The translations under genes and the position numbers were made by a program. Positions 19,042 to 28,430 of a DNA stretch of 55,808 bases are shown here, in pieces. Within the stretch, counting starts at the first letter, position 1. Each line of letters starts with the position of its first letter. The DNA comes from Pseudomonadota bacterium (lineage in GTDB: Bacteria; Myxococcota_A; Polyangia; Polyangiales; Polyangiaceae), in assembly GCA_023460875.1 (NCBI GenBank), contig JAEWOQ010000076.1, positions 1 through 55,808 of the forward strand, written 5' to 3'. Below the pieces are notes generated by a model that saw only the letters and a list, made by a program, of their open reading frames with translations, was not told the DNA's origin and did not search any database.

Positions 19042-19566
19042 CTACACTCCTGGTGACACCATCCCCCACGCCGGCCCGTCGATCCGCGTGATCCCGCCGG
19101 GCGGTAGAAATCCTGCGCTCGGCGCCAGCGAGCGGCCGTCGGGAGTGAGGGCGTTGGGCTGGACTTCCAGCAACGGCAGGAGCGCGAAGGCCCGACCGGA
19201 CAGCTCTGGATGGGGAACCCGCAGGCGGGAGTGCTGCACGGCAACCCCTTCGATCCAGAGCAGGTCGAGATCGAGGGTGCGCGGCCCCCAAGGGATGTCC
19301 CGAACTCGCCCGTGGTGGTGCTCGATCGCCTGCAGACGGTCGAGGAGCTCGAGGGGCTGCAAGGCGACGGTGAACAGCGCGGCCGCGTTGAGGAACATCG
19401 GCTGAGCGGGACCTATGGGCTCCGTCTCGAAGAGGGAGGACACACGAAAAGAGGTACCTGCAACGGAAATAGCGCGCAGGGCGGTCACCGCGGACTGCAG
19501 CGTGCGCCGGCGGGGACCGAGGTTGGCGCCGAGACCTACGACCACGGACAACGGAGGGTTTGACAT
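19042..19566 (-). CDS. folK: 2-amino-4-hydroxy-6-hydroxymethyldihydropteridine pyrophosphokinase (HPPK)
   Basis: VVVGLGANLG..., FETEPIG, and PRTLDLDLL...L.VPHPEL..RAF.L.PL are HPPK signatures. The ATG at 19566 (MSNPPLS) is preferred over the track start at 19626. Confidence 0.85.
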   Translation of the reverse strand: MSNPPLSVVVGLGANLGPRRRTLQSAVTALRAISVAGTSFRVSSLFETEPIGPAQPMFLNAAALFTVALQPLELLDRLQAIEHHHGRVRDIPWGPRTLDLDLLWIEGVAVQHSRLRVPHPELSGRAFALLPLLEVQPNALTPDGRSLAPSAGFLPPGGITRIDGPAWGMVSPGV

Positions 19567-19772
19567 CGGCGGGTTTCCTGGAGTGATGATAGCCGGACAT
19601 GCTTGGCATGACCCTCGGGGAAACAATCCTCTTTCTCCTGATCACCACGCTCATCCTCGTCGGCACGTGGTTGACCACGCCGCCCGGACGCTCGACCTGA
19701 TCGCGTCCCTCCGGTCTGTTAAGATACGGGGGATGGGTCCCCTCCCACACGGGCAGTGGCGGCAACCGCGTC

Positions 19773-22208
19773 GTGTCACCTAGACTAAAATCCGTGGAGG
19801 ACCGGGACGCAGCCCCGCCCCAGCAGCTCGAGAGCGACGGCGCGGTCCCCAGCGAACCCGCGCCGTCGAGACACCCGGGGCTCATCTTCGTGTGCGATCC
19901 GTCTGCCGAAGCGGAGCGCCTGATGACCGCGCTGCGGAGCCGTGGCTACCCCGCCGTCGACGTCCCCTTGGGGTTGTTGCCGAGCCGACTCCGCTACCAG
20001 GTTCCAGATCTCGTCGTGTGCGACGCGGACGCACCCGAAGTGCTCGATCAGGTGCGTGACCTGCGGGCGAACGAACCCACCCGCGGCGTCCAGGTCGTGT
20101 TCTTGGGGAGCGAAGAGGGCGCGCTCCAACGGGATCCCGCGTTCCGCGCGGAGGGACACGGCGTCTTCTTCCGTCCCCTCGACGTCGATGAGCTGTGCAA
20201 GCATATCGAGGGGCTGATCGGCCCGCCCAGCCGCGCCGAGCGGAACGACGCCCACAGCATCGCTCCGCGCCGCGCGCCCGTCATCGTCCCCTCCGCGCGC
20301 AAGCCGTACCGCTCCGACGAGGGCCCCGTCTCCAGCCGTCTCCTCGACAGCTTGCCACCTCCCAGTGAGCGGGGGCTCGGGCCCACTCCACGGTTCTCGC
20401 TCGTCCCGAGTGCCGGCTCCACGGAGAGTGACGGGGCCGCCCCCGAGCTCAGCGCCGAGACTCGAGCTTTGCTCGATCGAGCGCACGCAGCGGCCTCCGC
20501 GATGCTGTCCCAGACGTCGCGTCCCTACCGGCTCACGGCCGACGCAGAGTTCCTCGGGGAGGTGGATCTCGATGTCCTCGCTGCCCTGGAGGCCCCCCTC
20601 GACGACCCGCTGGACCCCTCGGGCGAGTCGGAGATCTCCGGCGGGACGGCGGGCGGCCTCGCCTTGGAGGTCGGCTCCTCCCCCCCGGGCCCCAATGAGT
20701 CACCCAGCCAGCGCCCCAGCTCACCAGTCACTCCTCACTCCTACGCCTCCGAGGCGGCCGTCACCAACCCGGGGGGCCGCGTCGGGAGTCAACCCGCGCC
20801 AGGCTGGGATTCACCCGTCCCGACCTCCCCACCCACGAGCGCCGCGACCGTCCACGGCCTGGTCCGCGCCGACAGCGATCTCCCCTCCTTGCCCGGCAAC
20901 ATGACCGCGACGGTGGCTCCCCCGCGTCGACGCAGCGAGCCCGCGCGGCCCCCCGAGGAGCCCAACACGATCGGCGGCGATACTCCCCGTCCCGAGCCTC
21001 CCGCCGACGCGTCTCCCCTCGTGACCGACCCTCCTCTGGAGGAGCCGGCGATCCCGAGACGCGCCAGCGAGCTACCGCCCGCCCCCGTCGTCCTCCCCAC
21101 GCAGGCCCTCGGCGAGGTGCGGCTCGCGGAGCTCGGACGCACCCCAGAGGAGCTGCGCGCGGGCAGCGCGACCCGCGCCCTGGCCACGGCGATTCGCGAG
21201 CGCGCGACCGGAGCCCTCGCCCTGCAGGACGCGGGCGGCATTCGACGGGTCGTGCTGCAAGACGGAGACATCGTCACCGCTGTGTCCGGCGCGAGCGGCG
21301 AGTCCCTCGTGCGGTTCTTGGAGGCGATCGGCGATCTGGATCCGGCGACGGCCGATCAGCTCTCACGGAGCCTGCCGGCGTTCGGACGTCATGCAGGGGC
21401 GGGGCTGATCGCCCACGGGCAGCTCCAACAAGGTGACCTCTGGCCCGTGCTCCGCGCCCACGCGGAGTGGATCCTCGCGGCCGTGGTCGCCATGCGCGCG
21501 GGGCGCATGAGCTGGGAGGAAGAGATCCCCGTCCGACTTCAAGACGAGCCCGCCGTCTTCGGAGGAGCGGCAGGGTGTGAGGTGTTCGTGGAAGCGGTGC
21601 GGCGGAGCGTCGACCCCGCGAGCGCCTGGGCGTTCTTGGGCGCGGGGGAGCGCCGCCTCGGCGTCGGTGGCCACCGCAACCTGCTCGGCGAGTGTGCCCT
21701 CGAGCCCGAGCTCGAGGGGCTGATCCAGGAGGCCGTCGACGCGCCGCTCGAGCCGCTGTATCGCGTGAGCCCCGAGCTCATCACGGTGCTCTACGCGCTC
21801 GTCGAGATCGACGTCTTCATGACGGGCGGCGGGCGCGCGGAGCTCGCACCGACGCCCACCGGCTCAGACCCCGGGCCCCGGGGCGACGCGCTCCCCCCGG
21901 AGGCCTTCGACGACGTGCTGGACGACACCGCGTTCGAGGCGCGCGTCATGGCCCGTCGCGCGCTGGTCGACGAAGGGGACTACTTCAGCATCCTCGGCGT
22001 GAAGCGCGACGCGACCGAGTACGAGATCACGCGGGCGCGCGACGCGCTCCACCGGCAGCTGTCGCCATCGCGGCTCAGCGCCCGCAACGCGCACCTCCTT
22101 CCCGACGTAGAGCTCGTGCTCGACATCGTCGACGAGGCCTACGCGATCCTCAAAGACGACCGTCGCCGCGAACGCTATCGCCGCGCCCTGGAGGCGAGGC
22201 CCGCCTGA
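19773..22208 (+). CDS. Multidomain protein: receiver-like domain, Pro-rich linker, DUF4388/PATAN-like region, C-terminal J-like domain
   Basis: 811 aa with a GTG start. The N-terminus has a CheY-like fold signature (LIFVCDPS..., DLVVCDADAP). The central region has GALALQDAGGIRRVVLQDGDIVTAVSG. The C-terminus has DYFSILGVKRDATEYEITRARDAL...YAILKDDRRRERYRRAL. Confidence 0.8.
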   Translation: MSPRLKSVEDRDAAPPQQLESDGAVPSEPAPSRHPGLIFVCDPSAEAERLMTALRSRGYPAVDVPLGLLPSRLRYQVPDLVVCDADAPEVLDQVRDLRANEPTRGVQVVFLGSEEGALQRDPAFRAEGHGVFFRPLDVDELCKHIEGLIGPPSRAERNDAHSIAPRRAPVIVPSARKPYRSDEGPVSSRLLDSLPPPSERGLGPTPRFSLVPSAGSTESDGAAPELSAETRALLDRAHAAASAMLSQTSRPYRLTADAEFLGEVDLDVLAALEAPLDDPLDPSGESEISGGTAGGLALEVGSSPPGPNESPSQRPSSPVTPHSYASEAAVTNPGGRVGSQPAPGWDSPVPTSPPTSAATVHGLVRADSDLPSLPGNMTATVAPPRRRSEPARPPEEPNTIGGDTPRPEPPADASPLVTDPPLEEPAIPRRASELPPAPVVLPTQALGEVRLAELGRTPEELRAGSATRALATAIRERATGALALQDAGGIRRVVLQDGDIVTAVSGASGESLVRFLEAIGDLDPATADQLSRSLPAFGRHAGAGLIAHGQLQQGDLWPVLRAHAEWILAAVVAMRAGRMSWEEEIPVRLQDEPAVFGGAAGCEVFVEAVRRSVDPASAWAFLGAGERRLGVGGHRNLLGECALEPELEGLIQEAVDAPLEPLYRVSPELITVLYALVEIDVFMTGGGRAELAPTPTGSDPGPRGDALPPEAFDDVLDDTAFEARVMARRALVDEGDYFSILGVKRDATEYEITRARDALHRQLSPSRLSARNAHLLPDVELVLDIVDEAYAILKDDRRRERYRRALEARPA

Positions 22209-22410
22209 CGGCCCGCTCGGCGTTCCCTCGAAGCGCGCGCGTTGCCGTCATCCCGGCGAGAGGCCACACTTCCATTCGGGGCCGGGACCAGCGCGCCGCC
22301 CGCTGCCACCACCAGCCTGCCGCACCGATCCACCCCATCATGGGCCCACCCTATCGGTCCCCCCACGAGCCCGCTCGAGCTCGCGGCCCGAGATTTCACG
22401 CGAGATTATC

Positions 22411-23115
22411 GTGACCATAGCCGTCATCAGCGACCTTCATCTGGGGGCGCGTCCGTCCACGGACTCGTTCGGGCATGACGACACGGAGTTCTTGCGGTTC
22501 CTGCGCTTCCTCGAGAACAACTTCCAGCGCGTCGTGCTGCTGGGAGACATTTGGGAGACGTTGACGAGCCCGCTCCCGCGCGAGCACGCCAACGAGCTCG
22601 CCCTCGCCCGCGCGAGGCATCGCGAGCTGGCCGTCCAGCTGAGCCGCCCTCGCTTCAGCTACGTGCACGGCAACCACGATCTGGTGGCGGGGCGGGAGGG
22701 GGTGCCCAGTGAGCTGCGCTTGCAGATCCGCGGCGTACGGTTTCTGTTCGCACACGGGCACCAGAGCGACGCCCTCGTGATGAGGGCGCGGCCGATCTCG
22801 GAGCTGGGCGTCTGCCTTGGCGGCTGGATTCGACGAGCCGGTCTCGGCGCGGCCTATCGGTTCTTCTCGCGGCTGGACGAGGTGCGCTCTCGACACGCCC
22901 GCTCGGATCGGGTGAGCCAGGTGGAGACCTGGGCCGTCCACCACGCGCAGCAGAGCGAGGCGGACGTCGTGGTGACCGGCCACACCCATCGGGCGCGGCG
23001 CTCCGAGCACGGCGAGACGCTGTTCATGAACAGCGGCTCCTGCAGCGAGGGCAAGATCAGCTTCCTGAGCTTGGACCCGGCTCGGGGGCGCTACGAGGTC
23101 CACGACTCGTACTGA
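22411..23115 (+). CDS. Calcineurin-like metallophosphoesterase (LpxH-like family)
   Basis: 234 aa with a GTG start. Motifs are ISDLHLG, LLGDIWE, HGNHD, AHGH and TGHTH. Confidence 0.8.
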   Translation: MTIAVISDLHLGARPSTDSFGHDDTEFLRFLRFLENNFQRVVLLGDIWETLTSPLPREHANELALARARHRELAVQLSRPRFSYVHGNHDLVAGREGVPSELRLQIRGVRFLFAHGHQSDALVMRARPISELGVCLGGWIRRAGLGAAYRFFSRLDEVRSRHARSDRVSQVETWAVHHAQQSEADVVVTGHTHRARRSEHGETLFMNSGSCSEGKISFLSLDPARGRYEVHDSY

Positions 23116-24067
23116 GCCCACCGAGCTCGGCCCACCAGGCCGCCAGCTCGTCGGGCCAGGGGGACTCCACCTGCACCGTTCGCCCGCCCGACGGGTGGGG
23201 GAAGGCCAAGAGCGCGGCGTGCAGGGCCAGGCGCGGCGGACCAGGGGGCGCCTGGAGCGACGTGGCCGGCGGCGACGTGGCCAGCGACGCGGAGGGGCGC
23301 GGCCCGTAGCGGAGATCCCCGAGCACGGGATGTCCCAGGTGCGCGGCGTGAATCCGGAGCTGGTGGGTTCGCCCCGTCGCCAATCGTGCCCGGAGCAGCG
23401 TCGCCATCTGCCCACGACGCTCCACGACCCAGAAGGTCGATCTCGCGGTCCTGCCCCGCACGGGCGCCGACACCTCCTGGTGCTCGGCGGACACGGCGCC
23501 GGACACCGCGAGCAGGTAGTCGCGGGAGACGAGCCGCTGCTGAAGAGCCTCCCCCAGGTGAGCCGCCGCGCCCGGGTTCTTGGCGAACACCATCAGCCCG
23601 CTCGTGGGACGGTCCAAGCGGTGCACCAGGTGCACGGGGCGCCCCTGCCGCTCGGTCAGCCAACGCTGCAGGTCCGAGCGATCGCTCTCGGGTGTCGGCG
23701 CCGACAGGACCCCGGCGGGTTTGTCGACGACGATCACGTCGTCGTCTTCCCAGCGCACGATGACGCCGTCCGGGAGCCCTCCCGCCCCCGATGGGTCGGG
23801 CGGCGCCTCGGCGGCCTGCGTCAGCAGAGCTCCCAGATGCACCTCCACCATCTGAGCGACGCGCAGCTGGCGCCGGGCGACCTTGACCCGCTTGCGATCC
23901 ACGAACACCCCACCGAGCTCGAGGACCCGCCGCGCCATGCCCCTGGAGAGCTCGGGGACCCGCCTCGCCAAGAGCTGATCGAGACGCAAGCCGACGTCCT
24001 GCTCCTCGACTCGGAAGCGGTGGGCTCGAAGGCGACTGGAGGTCTTGGAGCTCAAGGGCTTCGACAT
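23057..24067 (-). CDS. RluA-family 23S rRNA pseudouridine synthase (RluD-like, with S4 domain)
   Basis: 336 aa. It has an S4-like N-terminus (RLDQLLARRVPELSRGMARRVLELGGVFVD), the catalytic motif HRLDRPTSGLMVFAK, and ...GRTHQLRIHAAHLGHPVLGD. Confidence 0.85.
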   Translation of the reverse strand: MSKPLSSKTSSRLRAHRFRVEEQDVGLRLDQLLARRVPELSRGMARRVLELGGVFVDRKRVKVARRQLRVAQMVEVHLGALLTQAAEAPPDPSGAGGLPDGVIVRWEDDDVIVVDKPAGVLSAPTPESDRSDLQRWLTERQGRPVHLVHRLDRPTSGLMVFAKNPGAAAHLGEALQQRLVSRDYLLAVSGAVSAEHQEVSAPVRGRTARSTFWVVERRGQMATLLRARLATGRTHQLRIHAAHLGHPVLGDLRYGPRPSASLATSPPATSLQAPPGPPRLALHAALLAFPHPSGGRTVQVESPWPDELAAWWAELGGLSTSRGPRSAPEPGPSSGS

Positions 24068-24112
24068 AACGCGGCGGCGGGGGCCGGGGAAGGCCGTGCT
24101 TCGGCGCCCTGG

Positions 24113-25168
24113 TCACTCCTTGTGCCGACGACAGCCGCGGGCGGAGCGCAGGATGCCCTTGAACGTCTCGCCCCACGACTCCGACGGTAGCGAGGGGCCC
24201 AGGTTGTCCGCCACCACCGCGGCGCGGCGCCCCATCGGGCGGGGCGGGCCGATGGTCGTGTCGACCTCGGTCTGATGCTCGAGCTCGGCGTTCAGCTCGG
24301 CTCCGATCAGCATCGCGTAGGCGGAGACGAAGAACCAGAGCAGCAGCGCCGCGATCGCGCCGAGCGCCCCGTAGGTCGCGTTGAAGTTGCCGAAGCTGTC
24401 CACGTAGTAGGCCAACCCCACGGAGGCCAACAGCCACGCCGCGGTCGCGAGCGCGGCGCCCAGCAAGACCCAACGCCACTTGGGCGCCGTCCGGTTGGGG
24501 GCGTAGCGGTAGAAGATCCCAAGCCCGAACATCACGGCGATCGCCAGGAACGGCCACCGCATCCTGCGCACGAGGGGCTCGAGCCCGAGGAACCCGAAGA
24601 GCGTCGGGAGGACCGTGATGAAGGCGATCGCCACCGCGACGAAGATGGACAGGCCAGCAGCGAGCCGCACCGCGAGCCAGCGCCTGGTCAACCATCCGCG
24701 CGTCTCCTCCTCCCGATACGCGATGTTCACCGCGCGGATCATGGCGGTCACCCCCCGAGAGGCGGAGAACCACGCGACGAATAGGCTCGCCAGCACACCC
24801 AGGGTGAGCTGAGTGGCCGATCCCGCGATGATCTCCGAGAGCTGCCCCTCGAGGAGCGCCAGCACATGGGACGGCGCCGTCCCATCGAGATCCCCCAACA
24901 GGCGAGGCAGCTCGTTCGGGTTGGCGATGAGGGCGTAGGACGAGACCAGCGCGATCAGCGCCGGCACGAGCGACAGGAACGCGTAGAACGCTACCGCCGC
25001 CGCCGCCTGCGAAATCTCGTCATTGGAGGCTGCACCGGCGACGCGCCGCAACACCTCCCACCAGCCCCTGAGCGGGATGTTCCACGGACCCGTGGCGAAG
25101 CGCCCCAGCTTGGCGCGCTCCCGTGCGGTCTCGCTCGGCCTCTCCAACGCGCCCCCCGCGGACGTCAT
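24113..25168 (-). CDS. YihY/BrkB family inner-membrane protein
   Basis: 351 aa with about 6 TM helices. It has the family-typical AAAVAFYAFLSLVPALIALVS and ...YGALGAIAALLLWFFVSAYAMLIGAELNAELE. Confidence 0.85.
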   Translation of the reverse strand: MTSAGGALERPSETARERAKLGRFATGPWNIPLRGWWEVLRRVAGAASNDEISQAAAAVAFYAFLSLVPALIALVSSYALIANPNELPRLLGDLDGTAPSHVLALLEGQLSEIIAGSATQLTLGVLASLFVAWFSASRGVTAMIRAVNIAYREEETRGWLTRRWLAVRLAAGLSIFVAVAIAFITVLPTLFGFLGLEPLVRRMRWPFLAIAVMFGLGIFYRYAPNRTAPKWRWVLLGAALATAAWLLASVGLAYYVDSFGNFNATYGALGAIAALLLWFFVSAYAMLIGAELNAELEHQTEVDTTIGPPRPMGRRAAVVADNLGPSLPSESWGETFKGILRSARGCRRHKE

Positions 25169-25239
25169 ACTCTCTCTATTTTAATGGCTGCGCCTGGTCT
25201 GCGCCAGCCGTCCGCGTCCCCGGGCAAAGGGGCAGCCGC

Positions 25240-27930
25240 TCACTCCGCGGCAGCGAAATCGTCGCGCCCTGCGCCGGCAGCAGCCCCCTCGACGACGTCG
25301 AAGACGAGCTCGCCGAGGCCGCCATCACCGGCGCCTTCGACGCCCACGAGCACGACGTCCCCCGAGCTCAGCTCACCGCGCAGGATCTTCTCGGCCAGAG
25401 GCGCCTCGACGAGCCGAGCCAGGGTGCGCCGCATGGGGCGCGCGCCCAGCTCGGGATCGTAGCCCCCGGCGCCGAGCAGGTGCTCGATCGCCGCGTCTTC
25501 GACCTCGAGGCGCACGCCGCGCTGCTGGTGCAGCGAGCTGGCGATGCCCTGCAGCATCTTGCGGGTGATGCGGCGCACGTCGTCCCGCGACAAAGGGGAG
25601 AACACGAGCACCTCGTCGATGCGGTTGTAGAGCTCCGGGGGCAGGACTTGGCGCGCCGCCGAGACGACCTTCTGCGCCACGTCGTCGCCAGCGTCACCCT
25701 GCGTCGAGAACCCGACGCGGCGCCGGCTCGCGCCGGTCACCTCCGCGGCCCCGAGGTTGGACGTGAGCACGATGACCGCGTTGCTGAAGTCCACCGTGCG
25801 CCCGCGCCCGTCCGTCATACGCCCCTCGTCGAACACCGCCAGGAACGCCGTGAGCACCTCGGGATGTGCCTTCTCGATCTCGTCGAGGAGCACGACTTGG
25901 TAAGGGCGCCGCCGCACCGCCTCGGTCAGCTGTCCCCCTGCGTCATGACCTACATAGCCGGGAGGCGCGCCCACGAGCTTGGCGACGGCGTGGGCCTCGC
26001 TCAGCTCGGACATGTCGATGCGGGTGATGGCGCTCTCCGTGTGGAAGAGCACCTCGGCGATGGCCTTCGCCGTCTCCGTCTTCCCGACGCCGGTCGGCCC
26101 GAGCAGGAGGAAGGTCCCGATCGGGCGCCGCGCGCCGAGGCCAGCGGCGTTGCGCCGCAGGATGCGGGCGATCTTCTTCATGTGCTCCGAGTGCCCGATC
26201 ACCCGCTCGCTCAGGATCTCCTCCAGCCGCAGCATGCGGTCGCCGTCGGACTCGAGCAGGCGCTCGGTCGGCATGCCCGCGAGGCTCGCCACCACCTCCG
26301 CGACCGCCTCGGGGGTGACCCGCTCCCCCCCCCGCCGACGCACGCGCGCGCCCGCCAGATCGACGATCGACACTGCTTTGTCGGGCAGCGCGCGCCCTGG
26401 CAGGTAGCGGACGGACCAGGCGACGCCGAGCGCGAGAGCCTCGGGCTCGTACGTCACGCGGTGGTGCCCCTCGAGCTTCCGCGCCAGGCTGTCGAGGATC
26501 AGGTAGGCATCGTCGCGGCCTGGCTCCTCCACCTCCACGGTGCAGAAGCGCCGCGCGAGCGCAGAGTCTGCCTCGATGTGACGGCGGTACTCCTCGAGGG
26601 TGGTGGCCCCGATGCACGGGAGCTCTCCCTTCGCCAAGGCCAGCTTCAAGTCCCCAGAGATCTCCTCCGCGGCCTCACTGGCGAAGAGCTGGTGGATTTC
26701 GTCGAAGAAGAGCACGACCCGGCCCTCGCTCAGCCGCACCTCCTTCTTGAGAGCCGCCAAGCGCCCCGCCAGGGCACCACGCACCCCCGTGCCGGCGAAC
26801 AGCTCGGCGATGGGTACCTCGACGAGGATGCGGTCGTCGAGGCTAGCGACGTCCTTCCCTTCGGCGATGTGCAAAGCGATCCCGCGGGCGACGCTGGTCT
26901 TGCCGACTCCGGCGCCTCCGACCAAGCAGGGGTTGTTGCCTTGGCGCTTCGCGAGCACATCGAGCGCCTGCTCGATCTCCCCTTCGCGGCCGATCACTGG
27001 ATCGAGCTCCCCTCGGGCGGCGGCGAGGCTCAAGTTCTTGCCGAGCTGGCACAGCACGGGGAAGCGCCTCGGATCGAGGTCGAAGCGGCGAGTCGCGTCG
27101 TCGACGGTCCCCTCCGGGGGGCGGAGCGCAGAGGTCCGCCCCGGCGTTCCGGTGCTCTGCCCCCCCGCGCCTGCGCTCGCTGCTTCGGCGGCCGTCGTGC
27201 CCTGGGCTCGAGCAGAGCTCCGCACGGCGCCCGTCGCAGGTGTCGCGGAGACCGGCGTGGGCGTGGCTCCAAACGCCGGAGTCTTCGGCTCATCGGCGGC
27301 GCTGGAGGACGTCTCCTGCGCGAGCCGCAGCCGCGCCAAGGGAGCAGGCCCCACCTGAGGCACCACGGAGACCGCCACACCCGGTTGTCGGGGCAGCTCC
27401 GATGCAGACGGGGAGCGGGGCGCGATCTGGGGCACCAGCGGGACGGCCTCACCGCGCGGCGCTGGCGCGAGGGGTTCGAGCTCTCGGCTTCGCTCGAGCG
27501 GTCGAAGGACGCGACGCCGACCCACGATACCCTGACCGATGTTGAGCGCCGCGGTCCGCAACCGACTCGGATCCACGCCGCTCGCCTCGATGCACCGCCG
27601 GGCCGTCCCCCGGCTGTCGTTCAGGAGCGCCAGGAGCAGGTGCGCCGCCGTCGGGTGGGTGCTCGGCCCCATGCGCTGGGCGAGCGCCTTGCCGCGCCCC
27701 AAGAGAGCGCTGAGGCTCTCTTCGGGGCCACGCTCGCCCAACGCGTCGAGGGCGTTGAGCAGCTGGCGCGCGGTGACACCTCGCTCGAGCAGGAGATCCG
27801 AAGCCGCGCAGGGGGTCGCGGCGATGGCAGCGAGCAGGTGCGCCCCGACGGCCGTCTCGTGGCGACGAGCCGCCAAGGCCTCTGCCTGTTTGCGGAGAAG
27901 ACCCAGGTCGGGCTCGGAGCTCGTTCGCAT
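25240..27930 (-). CDS. Two-ring AAA+ Clp/Hsp100 unfoldase (ClpA/ClpC-like)
   Basis: 896 aa. It has a Clp_N repeat and a ~130-aa Pro/Ala/Ser linker. D1 has GGAGVGKTS and VVLFFDEIHQL. D2 has GPTGVGKTE and VVLLDEIEKAH. There is no long coiled-coil middle domain. A VGF tripeptide (RRRVGFSTQ) sits at the ClpP-loop position. Confidence 0.9.
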   Translation of the reverse strand: MRTSSEPDLGLLRKQAEALAARRHETAVGAHLLAAIAATPCAASDLLLERGVTARQLLNALDALGERGPEESLSALLGRGKALAQRMGPSTHPTAAHLLLALLNDSRGTARRCIEASGVDPSRLRTAALNIGQGIVGRRRVLRPLERSRELEPLAPAPRGEAVPLVPQIAPRSPSASELPRQPGVAVSVVPQVGPAPLARLRLAQETSSSAADEPKTPAFGATPTPVSATPATGAVRSSARAQGTTAAEAASAGAGGQSTGTPGRTSALRPPEGTVDDATRRFDLDPRRFPVLCQLGKNLSLAAARGELDPVIGREGEIEQALDVLAKRQGNNPCLVGGAGVGKTSVARGIALHIAEGKDVASLDDRILVEVPIAELFAGTGVRGALAGRLAALKKEVRLSEGRVVLFFDEIHQLFASEAAEEISGDLKLALAKGELPCIGATTLEEYRRHIEADSALARRFCTVEVEEPGRDDAYLILDSLARKLEGHHRVTYEPEALALGVAWSVRYLPGRALPDKAVSIVDLAGARVRRRGGERVTPEAVAEVVASLAGMPTERLLESDGDRMLRLEEILSERVIGHSEHMKKIARILRRNAAGLGARRPIGTFLLLGPTGVGKTETAKAIAEVLFHTESAITRIDMSELSEAHAVAKLVGAPPGYVGHDAGGQLTEAVRRRPYQVVLLDEIEKAHPEVLTAFLAVFDEGRMTDGRGRTVDFSNAVIVLTSNLGAAEVTGASRRRVGFSTQGDAGDDVAQKVVSAARQVLPPELYNRIDEVLVFSPLSRDDVRRITRKMLQGIASSLHQQRGVRLEVEDAAIEHLLGAGGYDPELGARPMRRTLARLVEAPLAEKILRGELSSGDVVLVGVEGAGDGGLGELVFDVVEGAAAGAGRDDFAAAE

Positions 27931-27974
27931 TCCTGCCCGCTTGCCCCATCCGGGGTCTCTGGGCCAAGTTTTCG

Positions 27975-28412
27975 GTGAGCCGTGCTATTGGTCCGGGCGT
28001 GCTCCGAGCCCTCGGCATCGCCGTCCTCCTACTCACGCCGCTGAGCGGGTGCGCCCGCGTGGAGCGGGCGCGGCAGTGCCAGGACCTCGCCGAGAAGGTG
28101 AACCCGCGCCTGGCCGAGATCGGTCGGATCGCCACGGGCAGCCAGGTGCCGGCGGCGTTGCGGGCGATCGCCCAGGAGTACGACGCCATCGCCGACGAGC
28201 TGGGCCCCCTCGAGTTCCAGAGTCGGGCCCTCGCCCGCGCCGTGAAGGACTATGGCCTGCGGCTCCGGGAGATCGCCGCCGAAGCTCGCCGCGCCGCCAC
28301 GGCCCGGGAGAGCGAGGACCGGACGCAACACTCCGCCGCGCGACGAGAGGTCCGCCAGCGCGCAGGGCAGCTCGAGGCCGCGCAGCGCCGCATCCTCGCG
28401 GCTTGTCACTGA
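27975..28412 (+). CDS. Helical lipoprotein of unknown function
   Basis: 145 aa with a GTG start and lipobox LLLTPLSGC. The remainder is predicted helical and charged. Confidence 0.6.
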   Translation: MSRAIGPGVLRALGIAVLLLTPLSGCARVERARQCQDLAEKVNPRLAEIGRIATGSQVPAALRAIAQEYDAIADELGPLEFQSRALARAVKDYGLRLREIAAEARRAATARESEDRTQHSAARREVRQRAGQLEAAQRRILAACH

Positions 28413-28430
28413 GCCGGGCCGAGCCCCCAC

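Noticed and set aside
19584-19783. His-rich 65-codon reading frame starting at GTG/ATG right after a GGAG (the tail of track ORF 19415-19783)
   Set aside because: The first half of this frame is dominated by T- or A-ending codons, unlike real genes here. The frame also crosses the folK start region when extended upstream.
25123-27978. 951-aa ORF on the + strand
   Set aside because: It is fully antisense to the Clp/Hsp100 gene, whose two Walker A/B sets are unmistakable. The translation is Arg/Gly/Pro-rich low-complexity sequence, typical of shadow ORFs in GC-rich DNA.
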